DNA from: Sphingomonadales bacterium | Lineage (GTDB): Bacteria > Pseudomonadota > Alphaproteobacteria > Sphingomonadales > Sphingomonadaceae | Assembly: GCA_038217075.1 (NCBI GenBank) | Contig: JBBQPR010000004.1 | Span: 13,487 to 77,486, forward strand | Direction of reading: 5' to 3' | Length of the DNA: 64,000 bases | Part shown: positions 45,009-54,017 of the stretch, one piece after another | How the letters are laid out: every line of letters starts with the position of its first letter | How positions within the stretch are numbered: the first letter of the stretch is position 1 | Notes under the pieces: model-generated | The model's input: the letters and a program-made list of their open reading frames with translations, nothing else | Told to the model about the DNA's origin: nothing | Database searches by the model: none | Translations under genes and position numbers: made by a program

Positions 45009-46165
45009 GCGCGCTTTCCCTTGTTTACATCGGGCTTGCCGGCGTTGTGCGCAGCGCCCCGGCTCAGATCATAAACAACGGTCCCCAACTGCATGGGCTC
45101 CGTCAGCCAGGTGGCATCATGGACGGTATTTTCGACATCCTGCACCCCGGCCAGCCAATGTTCGGCCATGGTCGCCCGGCTGAATTCATAGTCCTTGGCC
45201 TGCCCTTCCCATACCTTGTCGCGATAGATCAGCTGGGCAATGGTGATCCGGCTTTCATGGGCAATACTGGCCAGGGTGCGAACCTCTGGGCTGTCCCGCA
45301 ATTCCGCCGGCAATTTTGCGACCAGGCTGTGAAACGCCGCCCTCGCCCGGTTCAATCTGACATGGCTGTCGGTGTTCATCCGGGTTCGGCTGGAAAAACG
45401 GATATCCTTCACCCGCTCATCCGCTTCGGCAATCGTCTGCGGCATCGGCCCGCGCGACGGGAACAGATCGACCTGAAAGATCATCAGATCGCAGCGCGGC
45501 GCCATATCGAGCACATATTCGAGCGGCGTGTTCGAAACCAGCCCGCCATCCCACCAATATTCGCCATCGATTTCCACGGGCGGAAATCCAGGCGGCAGCG
45601 CGCCCGATGCCATGATATGTTCGGGGCCAAGCCGCTCCTTCGCCGTGTCGAAATAACGAAAATTGCCGGTCTCGACATTCACCGCGCCGACCGACAGCCG
45701 GGTCGGACCATTGTTGAGCAGATCCCAATCGATCAACCGCTCCAACGTCGCGCGCAACGGCGCCGTGTCATAATAACCCAGCGGCCCTTTCAGCCATGGC
45801 ATCACCGGCGGCCAGACCGGCTTGAAAAACCCCGGCGCCCCCTGTGACATCGTCATCGCCGCCGCCGCTTCATTCCATTGGCGACGAAAGCCGTCGCCCA
45901 GCATCGGCGCCGCAGATGTGACGCCAGAGGTCACCAGTTCCCAAAACTCGGTCAACCGCTCGACACGATGGCCAACCGGGTTGCCGGCGATAATCGCGGC
46001 GTTGATGGCACCAATCGAAATGCCGGCAACCCAGTCAGGGCACAGATCGGCTTCATCCAGCGCTTCGAAGACGCCGGCCTGGTAACTGCCCAGCGCGCCG
46101 CCACCCTGCAACACCAGCACGCAATGGGCTTTGTTCGCATCTTCGACGTCGGCACCCATCGTCAC
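45005..46165 (-). CDS. Patatin-like phospholipase / esterase
   Basis: GGGALG, GISIG, DGG, KDYEFS. Confidence 0.9.
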   Translation of the reverse strand: MTMGADVEDANKAHCVLVLQGGGALGSYQAGVFEALDEADLCPDWVAGISIGAINAAIIAGNPVGHRVERLTEFWELVTSGVTSAAPMLGDGFRRQWNEAAAAMTMSQGAPGFFKPVWPPVMPWLKGPLGYYDTAPLRATLERLIDWDLLNNGPTRLSVGAVNVETGNFRYFDTAKERLGPEHIMASGALPPGFPPVEIDGEYWWDGGLVSNTPLEYVLDMAPRCDLMIFQVDLFPSRGPMPQTIAEADERVKDIRFSSRTRMNTDSHVRLNRARAAFHSLVAKLPAELRDSPEVRTLASIAHESRITIAQLIYRDKVWEGQAKDYEFSRATMAEHWLAGVQDVENTVHDATWLTEPMQLGTVVYDLSRGAAHNAGKPDVNKGKRA

Positions 46166-46286
46166 GCTACTCCACTATTTCGCAATCGCAGCATAACGGA
46201 TCGCGCCGGCAGGTGACAGGCCAAACCCGCCGCCACGGCCGCTTGTTACCGCGAATTACAGCTTGCCGGCGCGCGTGACGGGCACC

Positions 46287-46736
46287 TCATTCCTCGACCT
46301 GTATCAGTTCGACATCAAAGATCAGCGTCGCGCCAGGCGGAATATCGGCCCCGGCGCCACGATCGCCATAGCCTGCCGACGCCGGAATGATCAGCGTGCG
46401 CTTGCCGCCGACTTTCATGCCAACCACGCCCTCGTCCCACCCCTGGATGACCTGGCCATAGCCAAGCGGGAACGCAAAGGGCTGGCCACGGTCGCGCGAC
46501 GAATCGAACTTCATGCCGCGCTTGCCATCGACATACAGCCAGCCGGTATAGTGCACGGCGACATATTTGCCGGCCATCGCCTCCGCACCCGTGCCGATTT
46601 CGACATCGCGCACGCTGGTCCCGCTGGGCAGCACGACCGCAGGCGGCGTCGGCACCGTCGTCACCGCGGCGGCCGGCGCACTCGCCAACATGGCCGCTGC
46701 TGCGGCTGCCATTGCAACGCCTGGAATCGCGCTCAA
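46287..46736 (-). CDS. Exported FKBP-type peptidyl-prolyl isomerase (likely has its own internal start)
   Basis: VHYTG.L, FDSS.DR..PF.F.LG...VI.GWDEG, AGYG..G....IPP.ATL.F.VEL; AGGAG (46744-46748) 7 nt before TTG 46736; alternative ATG at 46754. Confidence 0.85.
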   Translation of the reverse strand: MSAIPGVAMAAAAAAMLASAPAAAVTTVPTPPAVVLPSGTSVRDVEIGTGAEAMAGKYVAVHYTGWLYVDGKRGMKFDSSRDRGQPFAFPLGYGQVIQGWDEGVVGMKVGGKRTLIIPASAGYGDRGAGADIPPGATLIFDVELIQVEE

Positions 46737-47540
46737 ATCCTGTCTCCTGTCCATCTCCACCGCCGGGGACAACCCGAGCCGGTGCCTGAAAAATCCGATC
46801 GTCCGCGTTTCCGCTTCTTTACCAGGCCCGCTTTCGGGAAGATGAATGGTCAGCACCGAATGCGGCGCCATGCCGGTATCCTTGCGGGCATCTTCGTCCT
46901 TCAGGTCGATCCGTTCGAACCGGGCACCGAATTCATCGGCATAACGATCGAACCGTGCATCGGGCACAAAGGCATCGCTGGCATAGCGCAGGCCCAACAG
47001 GCTCAGATCCTCGTTTTCAAACCGCGCCCGCGCACAGGCGATCTCGTGTTCCGAAACGTCGATCGCGCCCTTCTTGCCACCCCGCAGCGGCAAGGAAGGC
47101 TGCGACAGCACCGGCGCGATTACCGCCGGTTCGGTCATCATCGCCAGCGCGAAGCCGCCGGTAAAGCACATGCCGACCGCGCCCACGCCCGGCCCGCCGC
47201 ATTCGGCATGGGCATGGCGGGCGAGCGCGCGCAGCCAATCGACAATCGGGCTGGATTTGCCGCCCGACCAAACGCTGAATTCCCGGCGGATGCAGATGTT
47301 GGTGATGATGGTGCGCAAGGCATAGGCCTTGGTCGCGGGCTTGCCCGGCGTGCCGAAAAGGCTGGGCATGAACACGGTCATGCCGGCATCGACCAACCGG
47401 TCGGCGAATTCGACCACCAGCGGGTGCAGGCCCGGCACCTCATGAATGACGATAACCGCCGGCCCGCTGCCGCGCCGATACACCGGCCTTGTAAACGGTT
47501 CGGCGGTGAAATTGGAAAGCTGGTAATCGTGCAACGGCAT
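46287..47540 (-). CDS. Dienelactone hydrolase family domain (47540 to ~46770) continuing in frame, with no stop, into an FKBP
   Basis: HEVPG, GMCFTGG nucleophile elbow, D.FVP, HSVLT, FFRHRL; the reading frame continues to the FKBP. Confidence 0.8.
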   Translation of the reverse strand: MPLHDYQLSNFTAEPFTRPVYRRGSGPAVIVIHEVPGLHPLVVEFADRLVDAGMTVFMPSLFGTPGKPATKAYALRTIITNICIRREFSVWSGGKSSPIVDWLRALARHAHAECGGPGVGAVGMCFTGGFALAMMTEPAVIAPVLSQPSLPLRGGKKGAIDVSEHEIACARARFENEDLSLLGLRYASDAFVPDARFDRYADEFGARFERIDLKDEDARKDTGMAPHSVLTIHLPESGPGKEAETRTIGFFRHRLGLSPAVEMDRRQDLSAIPGVAMAAAAAAMLASAPAAAVTTVPTPPAVVLPSGTSVRDVEIGTGAEAMAGKYVAVHYTGWLYVDGKRGMKFDSSRDRGQPFAFPLGYGQVIQGWDEGVVGMKVGGKRTLIIPASAGYGDRGAGADIPPGATLIFDVELIQVEE

Positions 47541-47786
47541 CGCTGTGTCCCCAACGACCGCCACGGCCGCTTTCGCCAATGGATATCCCGCCATGGCGCA
47601 GCCGTCACCAGCGTAAATCGGCCCGAGCCGGGCCGTCAGCTTTTGTGTGCCCCCTGCCACAACAACCTGCTTCCGCTTACCGCAATATTGCCGCATCATT
47701 ACGGGCAAGGGCAGTCGTATATGCCCAGCGTCAGACAGGAACCGGTGCGGCAGCCTCGGCATGCGCCGGCAGGGGAGAACATCGTC

Positions 47787-48776
47787 ATGCAGACCACACG
47801 CAGGCAAGCCATCGCCGGCATCGCCGGCATCGCCGCCACCACCATGCTCGCCGGCCGCGCCGCCGCCGCCGTGACGCCGAAACTGGGCAGCACATCAAAG
47901 ACACTCTATTGGGTCGCCAGCGTCACGCCGTGCGACAAATCCGGCAAGTTCGATCCCGGCGCGATGGCGTCGATCATGCAATGGCACAAACAGGCCGGCG
48001 CCGATGGCGTTGTCATCCTTGGCACCTCGGGCGAATTCCCGTCATTCTCGGTCGCCGAACGCAAGCTGGTCGCCGAAACCGCCTTCAAGCACCGCAACGG
48101 CCTCAACATCATCATCGGCCCCGGCACGTCGAACAGCCCGGAAACCATCGATCTGGCGAAGCACGCAGAGGCCAATGGCGCCGATGGCCTGCTCGTCATC
48201 CCGCCCTTTTATTTCAACGCGCCGCCGGTCGAAGGCCTCACCGATTACTACAAGCGCCTGTTCGACAGCGTCGGCACCCCGATCAACCTCTACCATATCC
48301 CCGGCACCAGCGAGGTACCGATCAGCATCGAATTGCTGAAGAACCTGTCCGGCTACCCGCAACTCGCCGGCATCAAGGATTCGAGCGGCAATGCCGAAGG
48401 CTATACCGCCTTTGTCGAAGCCATGCCGGCGCTCAACATGCGCTGCGGCACCCAGAACAACCTGGAGATCGCGCTGAACCACGGCATGGGCACCATCCTC
48501 GCCGATGGCAATAATTTCAGCGCAAAATGCGCCGATATCTTCAAGGCCTATCACGCCGGCGACGATTGGAACGCCGCCATCGGCCGGCTGCGCGCCGCCC
48601 AGAAAATCATGCGGGAAACCAACGCCGGCGCCAACACCTATGCCGCCATGAAATATGTGCTGTCGCTGGAGATGGGCGGGCCGGAAATGTACGCGCGCAC
48701 CCCCTATCCGCAGCTCACCGATGAACAAAAGGCCTCGATCAGGGCGGGCCTCGCACGGGTCAAGGCGCTCGCCTGA
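47787..48776 (+). CDS. DapA/NanA-family class I aldolase/lyase with Tat signal peptide
   Basis: TTRRQAI + hydrophobic core + AAA; GTSGE, PPFYF, LYHIP, GIKDSSG (catalytic Lys); GGGGAG RBS. Confidence 0.85.
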   Translation: MQTTRRQAIAGIAGIAATTMLAGRAAAAVTPKLGSTSKTLYWVASVTPCDKSGKFDPGAMASIMQWHKQAGADGVVILGTSGEFPSFSVAERKLVAETAFKHRNGLNIIIGPGTSNSPETIDLAKHAEANGADGLLVIPPFYFNAPPVEGLTDYYKRLFDSVGTPINLYHIPGTSEVPISIELLKNLSGYPQLAGIKDSSGNAEGYTAFVEAMPALNMRCGTQNNLEIALNHGMGTILADGNNFSAKCADIFKAYHAGDDWNAAIGRLRAAQKIMRETNAGANTYAAMKYVLSLEMGGPEMYARTPYPQLTDEQKASIRAGLARVKALA

Positions 48777-48814
48777 ACGGGGCGAAGGCGATCAGCAAAC
48801 GGGGGTCCGGAACG

Positions 48815-50881
48815 ATGAAACTGCACAACAACAAGATCGCGCTCGCCATGCTTTTGCTGGCCGCCAGCCCGGCGGCATTGGCGCAAATCAACGGCGCGCC
48901 CGCCGCCCGCAACACCGGCCCCGGCACCATGAACTGGCCGACCTATAATGCCGATCTCGCCGGCAGCCGTTATCTGCCGCTCGATCAGATCAACGCCGGC
49001 AATTTCAAGGATCTGGAGGTCGCCTGGCGCTTCAAGACCGACATGTTCGGCAGCCGCCCGGAATACAAGCTCGAAGGCACCCCCCTCGCCGTCGATGGCG
49101 TTGTCTACATGACAGCGGGCACCCGCCGCGCCGTCGTCGCGCTCAACGCCGTAACGGGTGAACTGCTGTGGTCCTACAGCCTCCACGAAGGCAAGCGCAG
49201 CGCCGTGTCCCCCCGCGCCCTGTCCGGCCGTGGCCTTGCGTATTGGACGGACGGCAGCAAGCGCCGCATCCTCTACACCACCATCGGCTACCGCCTGATC
49301 AGCCTCGATGCCGACACCGGCCAGCCCGATCCGGATTTCGGCGATCATGGCAGCATCGACCTGAAACAGGATTGGGACCAGCAGATCGACGACCTGACCA
49401 CCGGCGAGGCCGGCGCCCATTCCGCCCCCGCCGTTTCCGGCAACACCATCATCATCGGCGCCGCCTTCCGCGAAGGCTTCACCCCGATCAGCCGCAACAA
49501 TACCAAGGGCTATGTCCGCGCTTTCGACGTGCGCACCGGCAAACGCCTGTGGACCTTCCACACCATCCCCAAAAAGGGTGAATTCGGCTATGAAACCTGG
49601 CTGCAGGGCTCGGCCGAAACCACCGGCAACGCCGGCGTCTGGACCCAGGTTTCGATCGATCCCGATCTCGGCCTTGCCTATCTCAACGTCGAATCCCCAA
49701 CGTCCGACTTTTTCGGCGGCCGCCGCCCCGGCCCCGGCCTGTTCGGCAACAGCATCGTCGCGGTCGATCTGAAAACCGGTGCCCGCCGCTGGCATTACCA
49801 GCTCATCCACCACGAAATCTGGGATCTGGATAATTCATCGGCGCCGCTGCTGATGAACGTCAGCGTCGATGGCAAGCCGCGCAAGGTCGTCGGCGTGCCC
49901 TCCAAACAAGGCTTTTTCTACGTCCTCGATCGCGCCACCGGCGTCCCCGTCTGGCCGATCAAGGAAACCAAAGTGGCGAAGGGCAAGGTGCCGGGCGAAT
50001 GGTATTCACCAACCCAGCCCATCCCGACCAGACCCGCCGCCTATGGCCGCAACGGCTATAGCGAAAGCGATCTCATCGATTTCACGCCCGAATTAAAGGC
50101 CAAGGCGCTCGCCGTCGTCAGCCGCTACGATCTTGGCCCGGTCTACACGCCGCCCATCGTTTCGACACAGGCCAAGATCGGCGTCATCAACAATTGGGCA
50201 CAGGGCGGCACCAATTGGCCCGGCGGCTCCTTCGATCCCGAAACCGGCATCGCCTATCTTTACGCCTGTGGCACCTGCATCTCCTCGACCGGGCTCCAGC
50301 CCGGGCCGAAATCGCTGACCGATCTCGATTGGGTCGTCGGCGTCGATGGCCAGCCGGTCAGCATGATCAAGGGCCCCGGCGAGGGTGCCGGCGCCGACAG
50401 CCCGGCAACGGCACCGCCCAGCGCCGGCGCCGGGCCACCGCGCCTCGCGGTCGATGGCCTGCCGCTGATGAAGCCGCCCTATGGCACGATCAGCGCCATC
50501 GACATCAACACCGGCACCATCAAATGGCAGATCGCCCATGGCGAAACGCCGGATTTCGTGCGCAACAACCCGGCGTTGAAGGGCCTCACCATCCCCCGCA
50601 CCGGCCAATCGACGTACCAGATCGGCACGCTGGTCACCAAATCCCTCGTCATCGCCGGCGAGAACCAGGTGACCACCACCCCCGATCACCCGCGCGGCGC
50701 CATGCTGCGCGCCTATGACAAGCAGACCGGCGCGGAGGTCGGCGCGGTGTTCATGAACGCCCCGCAAAGCGGTTCCCCGATGACCTATTCGGTGAACGGC
50801 AAGCAATATATCATCGTTGCAACCAGCGGCGGCATCAGCTCGGGCGAATATGTCGCCTATACGCTGCCCAACACCCGATGA
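48815..50881 (+). CDS. Soluble periplasmic PQQ-dependent dehydrogenase (glucose/quinate DH-like)
   Basis: Signal ending ALA; RY.PL.QI, GTPL, RGLAYW, G.VRAFD..TGK.LW.F, HHEIWDLD, GG.NWPG, PMTY. Confidence 0.9.
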   Translation: MKLHNNKIALAMLLLAASPAALAQINGAPAARNTGPGTMNWPTYNADLAGSRYLPLDQINAGNFKDLEVAWRFKTDMFGSRPEYKLEGTPLAVDGVVYMTAGTRRAVVALNAVTGELLWSYSLHEGKRSAVSPRALSGRGLAYWTDGSKRRILYTTIGYRLISLDADTGQPDPDFGDHGSIDLKQDWDQQIDDLTTGEAGAHSAPAVSGNTIIIGAAFREGFTPISRNNTKGYVRAFDVRTGKRLWTFHTIPKKGEFGYETWLQGSAETTGNAGVWTQVSIDPDLGLAYLNVESPTSDFFGGRRPGPGLFGNSIVAVDLKTGARRWHYQLIHHEIWDLDNSSAPLLMNVSVDGKPRKVVGVPSKQGFFYVLDRATGVPVWPIKETKVAKGKVPGEWYSPTQPIPTRPAAYGRNGYSESDLIDFTPELKAKALAVVSRYDLGPVYTPPIVSTQAKIGVINNWAQGGTNWPGGSFDPETGIAYLYACGTCISSTGLQPGPKSLTDLDWVVGVDGQPVSMIKGPGEGAGADSPATAPPSAGAGPPRLAVDGLPLMKPPYGTISAIDINTGTIKWQIAHGETPDFVRNNPALKGLTIPRTGQSTYQIGTLVTKSLVIAGENQVTTTPDHPRGAMLRAYDKQTGAEVGAVFMNAPQSGSPMTYSVNGKQYIIVATSGGISSGEYVAYTLPNTR

Positions 50882-50906
50882 CAGCGCCTTCAGGACCCCT
50901 TCCCCA

Positions 50907-51362
50907 ATGAACCGCACCACCATCCTCGCCGCCACGCTCGGCACCATCCTCAGCCTTGCGGGCGGCGCCGGGCTCGCCCAACCCGCGCGTTCGGTCTGGG
51001 ATGGCATCTACACCGCCGAACAGGCCGATCGCGGCGCTGCGGCCTATGTTCAAAGCTGTGGCCAATGCCATGGCGTGACGCTTGGCGGCACCGGTGAAGC
51101 CCCCGGCCTGACCGGCGGCGAGTTCGTCTCCCATTACGATCAATTGACCGTCGGCGACCTCTTCGACCGCATCCGCACCACCATGCCGCAAAGCGCGCCG
51201 GCGACGCTCGCCCGCGATCAATATGCCGACATCCTGGCGTTCCTGCTCAAATCCAACGGCTTTCCCGCCGGCAGCACGGCGCTCGACAAACGCAGCGAAG
51301 TGCTGGCCACCATCGCCCTGCAGGCCCAGAAACCCACCGGCGCCAGCCAGGCCGGAAACTGA
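50907..51362 (+). CDS. Monoheme cytochrome c
   Basis: Signal peptide; YT..QA.RG, CGQCH, MP axial Met. Confidence 0.9.
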   Translation: MNRTTILAATLGTILSLAGGAGLAQPARSVWDGIYTAEQADRGAAAYVQSCGQCHGVTLGGTGEAPGLTGGEFVSHYDQLTVGDLFDRIRTTMPQSAPATLARDQYADILAFLLKSNGFPAGSTALDKRSEVLATIALQAQKPTGASQAGN

Positions 51363-51378
51363 CAGAAAGGCCACTGCG

Positions 51379-52461
51379 ATGCCCGACAAACGCCTGTTGC
51401 TGATCGCGCTGCTCGCCCTTGCGGCGCCCGCCTTCAGCCTCGCCTCTGCCCAGCAGCGCGGCCCCACCTACACCGTCGATCAACTGCCGCCGCCGGGGCC
51501 GCTCAAACCCGACCCCAACGCCTATCCCAACCCCTACAAACTCGAAACCGGCTTTCTGAAAATGCCCGCCGGCCGCACCATGGGCTCGACCAGCGCTGTT
51601 GCGCTCGACAGCAAGGGCAATATCTGGGTGGCCGAACGCTGCGGCGCCAACAGTTGCGCCGACAGCCCGCTCGATCCGATCATGATGTTCGATCCCCAGG
51701 GCAATTTCGTCCGCGCCTTTGGCGGCGGCATGATGCTGTTCCCGCACGGCTTTTCGATCGACGCCGGCGATAATGTCTGGGTCACCGATTCCCGCGTCGC
51801 CAACGGCCGCGGCGGCCAGGTGTTCAAGTTCAGCCCCGATGGCAAATTGCTGCTCACCCTCGGCAAGGCCGGCGTCGCGGGCGGCTCCCCCGATGCCTTC
51901 ACCGAACCCAATGCCGTCATCGTGGCGCGCGACGGCAGCATCTATGTCGCCGATGGCCATACGCCGGACAAGGGCAACGCCCGCATCGCCAAATTCGACG
52001 CCAGCGGCAAATTCCTGCTCGATTTCGGCAGCCACGGCCATGGTCCCGGCCAGGTCGAAGTGCCCCACGGCCTCGCCCTCGATTCAAGCGGCCGGGTCTT
52101 CGTCGCCGATCGCTGGAACAACCGCGTCTCGATCTTCTCGCCCACCGGCAGGTTCATCACGGCATGGACCCAGTTCGGCCGGCCCAGCGGCATCTTCATC
52201 GATGCAAGGGACCGGCTGTATTCCACCGATTCCGAATCCCGCAACCCGGTCGGCTATGGCTACAACCCCGGTTGGCACCGCGGCGTCCGCATCGGCAGCG
52301 CCCGCACCGGCAAGGTAAGCGCCTTCATCCCCGATCCTGACCCGATGCCCGATGCCGGCGCCACCAGCGGCGGCGAAGGCCTGTGGGTCGCCCACGATGG
52401 CACCATCTACCTCGGCGAAGTCAAGGAACGCGCTATCGTCCGCTACCGCCGCCAGCACTAG
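51379..52461 (+). CDS. Exported NHL-repeat beta-propeller (PAL-like)
   Basis: Signal peptide; repeated P.G..D..G..V.D blades (FPHG, PNAV, VPHG, RPSG). Confidence 0.85.
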   Translation: MPDKRLLLIALLALAAPAFSLASAQQRGPTYTVDQLPPPGPLKPDPNAYPNPYKLETGFLKMPAGRTMGSTSAVALDSKGNIWVAERCGANSCADSPLDPIMMFDPQGNFVRAFGGGMMLFPHGFSIDAGDNVWVTDSRVANGRGGQVFKFSPDGKLLLTLGKAGVAGGSPDAFTEPNAVIVARDGSIYVADGHTPDKGNARIAKFDASGKFLLDFGSHGHGPGQVEVPHGLALDSSGRVFVADRWNNRVSIFSPTGRFITAWTQFGRPSGIFIDARDRLYSTDSESRNPVGYGYNPGWHRGVRIGSARTGKVSAFIPDPDPMPDAGATSGGEGLWVAHDGTIYLGEVKERAIVRYRRQH

Positions 52462-52464
52462 CGG

Positions 52465-52523
52465 CCCCCCTCTCCCGCCCGCGGGAGAGGTCGAGAGGCG
52501 CGCCTTCGCGCCCCGGGTGAGGG
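52465..52523. repeat. REP-like palindromic element between convergent genes
   Basis: CCTCTCCCG-cccg-CGGGAGAGG hairpin, GGCGCG-cctt-CGCGCC hairpin, GGGTGAGGG tail. Confidence 0.7.
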
Positions 52524-52527
52524 TGTT

Positions 52528-53751
52528 TTACCCAGCCGCCAGCGCATCCACCCATTCGATCTGCCGCGGCAAGCAAACCCGCTTCAAATCATAATGCGTC
52601 ACCGCATGCCGCCGCGCCGCCGTCCCCAACGCCCGCCGCCGCGCCGGATTTTCGAGCAGGTCGCACACCCTGTCCACCAATGCGCCGCCGTCAAAAAACG
52701 GTAACAACAGCCCGGTCTCGCCATCCGTGATCACTTCGGTCACTGGCCCGGTGTCGCTGGCAACGATGCCGCAACCCACCGCCATCGCCTCGATCAAACT
52801 CCAGGACAAAACGAACGGATAGGTGAGGTAAACATGCACCGTCGACATCTGCAGCACCGCCCGATAATCGCGATACGGCAACCAACCCAGAAAATGCACC
52901 CGCGACCGGTCGATCCTGCCCTCCACCTCCGCCAGATATTTGCCCCGCCATGTCTCGCCGTTGGGCGGCGGCGGGCCATAGCTCACCTCCCCCCCGCCAA
53001 CGATCAGCACATGGGCGTTGGGCCGCCGCGCCAGCAGTTCGGGCAAGGCCCGCATGAACACATGATAGCCGCGATATGGCTCAAGGTTGCGGTTGACGAA
53101 GGTGATGATCTCGTCACCCTGCTTCAGCGCTGTCGTCGGCCCCACCTGCATCGCCACGCCCGCCCCCGGCCGCATGACATCGGTGTCGACGCCTTCATGA
53201 ATGATCGAAATCCGGTCGCGAAAAGGGATGGGAAACCGGTCCGCCTGCCAGGCGGTCGGCGAAATGGCGGCGTCGGCCATGTCGAAATGCAGGCGGAGCG
53301 GCGCGCTGCGGATCTGCAATCGGGCCGCCGCATCCAACCTGTCTTCGATCGGAAATTCCGGGTCAAAACCGATTTCGGGACTGTCACCAGCATAGAAATA
53401 CTCGCAATACAGCCCCAACTTCGCGTCCGGCCATAACTGCTTCAAAAACAGGGCTTCACCCCAGCCCGGATGCGCGACGATGACATCGGGCACGAAACCC
53501 TGCCCATGAAGTTCGCGGGCCGATTTCAACGTCGCATGGGCCCGGATCACCTTCGCATCGAAATCGCGCGACCAGGGGTGGCCATTGGTGGCGATGCGAT
53601 GCTCGGCCTTGCTGCGCACATAAGTCACGCCAGGCAGCGCGGGTGCCGCGTTCATCCCCATCGCCACCACCCTGTCACCGCGCGCCGCCAGCGCCGGTGC
53701 CAGATGGCGGAATTGCCCGGGGAAATTCTGGTGCACGAACAGGATATTCAC
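52528..53751 (-). CDS. Glycosyltransferase family 4
   Basis: ILFVHQNFPGQF, HPGWGE, RNLEPYRG, YLTYPFVLSWS.IEAM. Confidence 0.92.
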   Translation of the reverse strand: MNILFVHQNFPGQFRHLAPALAARGDRVVAMGMNAAPALPGVTYVRSKAEHRIATNGHPWSRDFDAKVIRAHATLKSARELHGQGFVPDVIVAHPGWGEALFLKQLWPDAKLGLYCEYFYAGDSPEIGFDPEFPIEDRLDAAARLQIRSAPLRLHFDMADAAISPTAWQADRFPIPFRDRISIIHEGVDTDVMRPGAGVAMQVGPTTALKQGDEIITFVNRNLEPYRGYHVFMRALPELLARRPNAHVLIVGGGEVSYGPPPPNGETWRGKYLAEVEGRIDRSRVHFLGWLPYRDYRAVLQMSTVHVYLTYPFVLSWSLIEAMAVGCGIVASDTGPVTEVITDGETGLLLPFFDGGALVDRVCDLLENPARRRALGTAARRHAVTHYDLKRVCLPRQIEWVDALAAG

Positions 53752-54017
53752 GCGCGCACCCCCCTTCCCCCACAGGTCACACCATCTGACAGCGTGAGCC
53801 CGCCACAGCACCCCCGGTCAATGGCTGGCGGCGCACCTGCCTCGCAATTGCCTGCAGACACTACCCAATATGCGCCGTCGTGCCATCCAAATAGCCAGCC
53901 GCCTATCCGCAATCCTGCCAGCGCTGGCCCTCGATTTAGGACATTCTGGCAAAGAAATGATTCCAGATTCGCGCCTGTTGCTGCGCGAGCCTTCGGCAAT
54001 GCCTTTTGGGGAAGCCT

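Noticed and set aside
49805-49835. WDLD motif as evidence of lanthanide dependence of the PQQ enzyme
   Set aside because: W-D-x-D is general in the glucose/quinate dehydrogenase branch, so it is not diagnostic.
53826-53840. Sigma-54 promoter upstream of the RTX gene
   Set aside because: Only the minimal GG-N10-GC, which is common by chance in GC-rich DNA.
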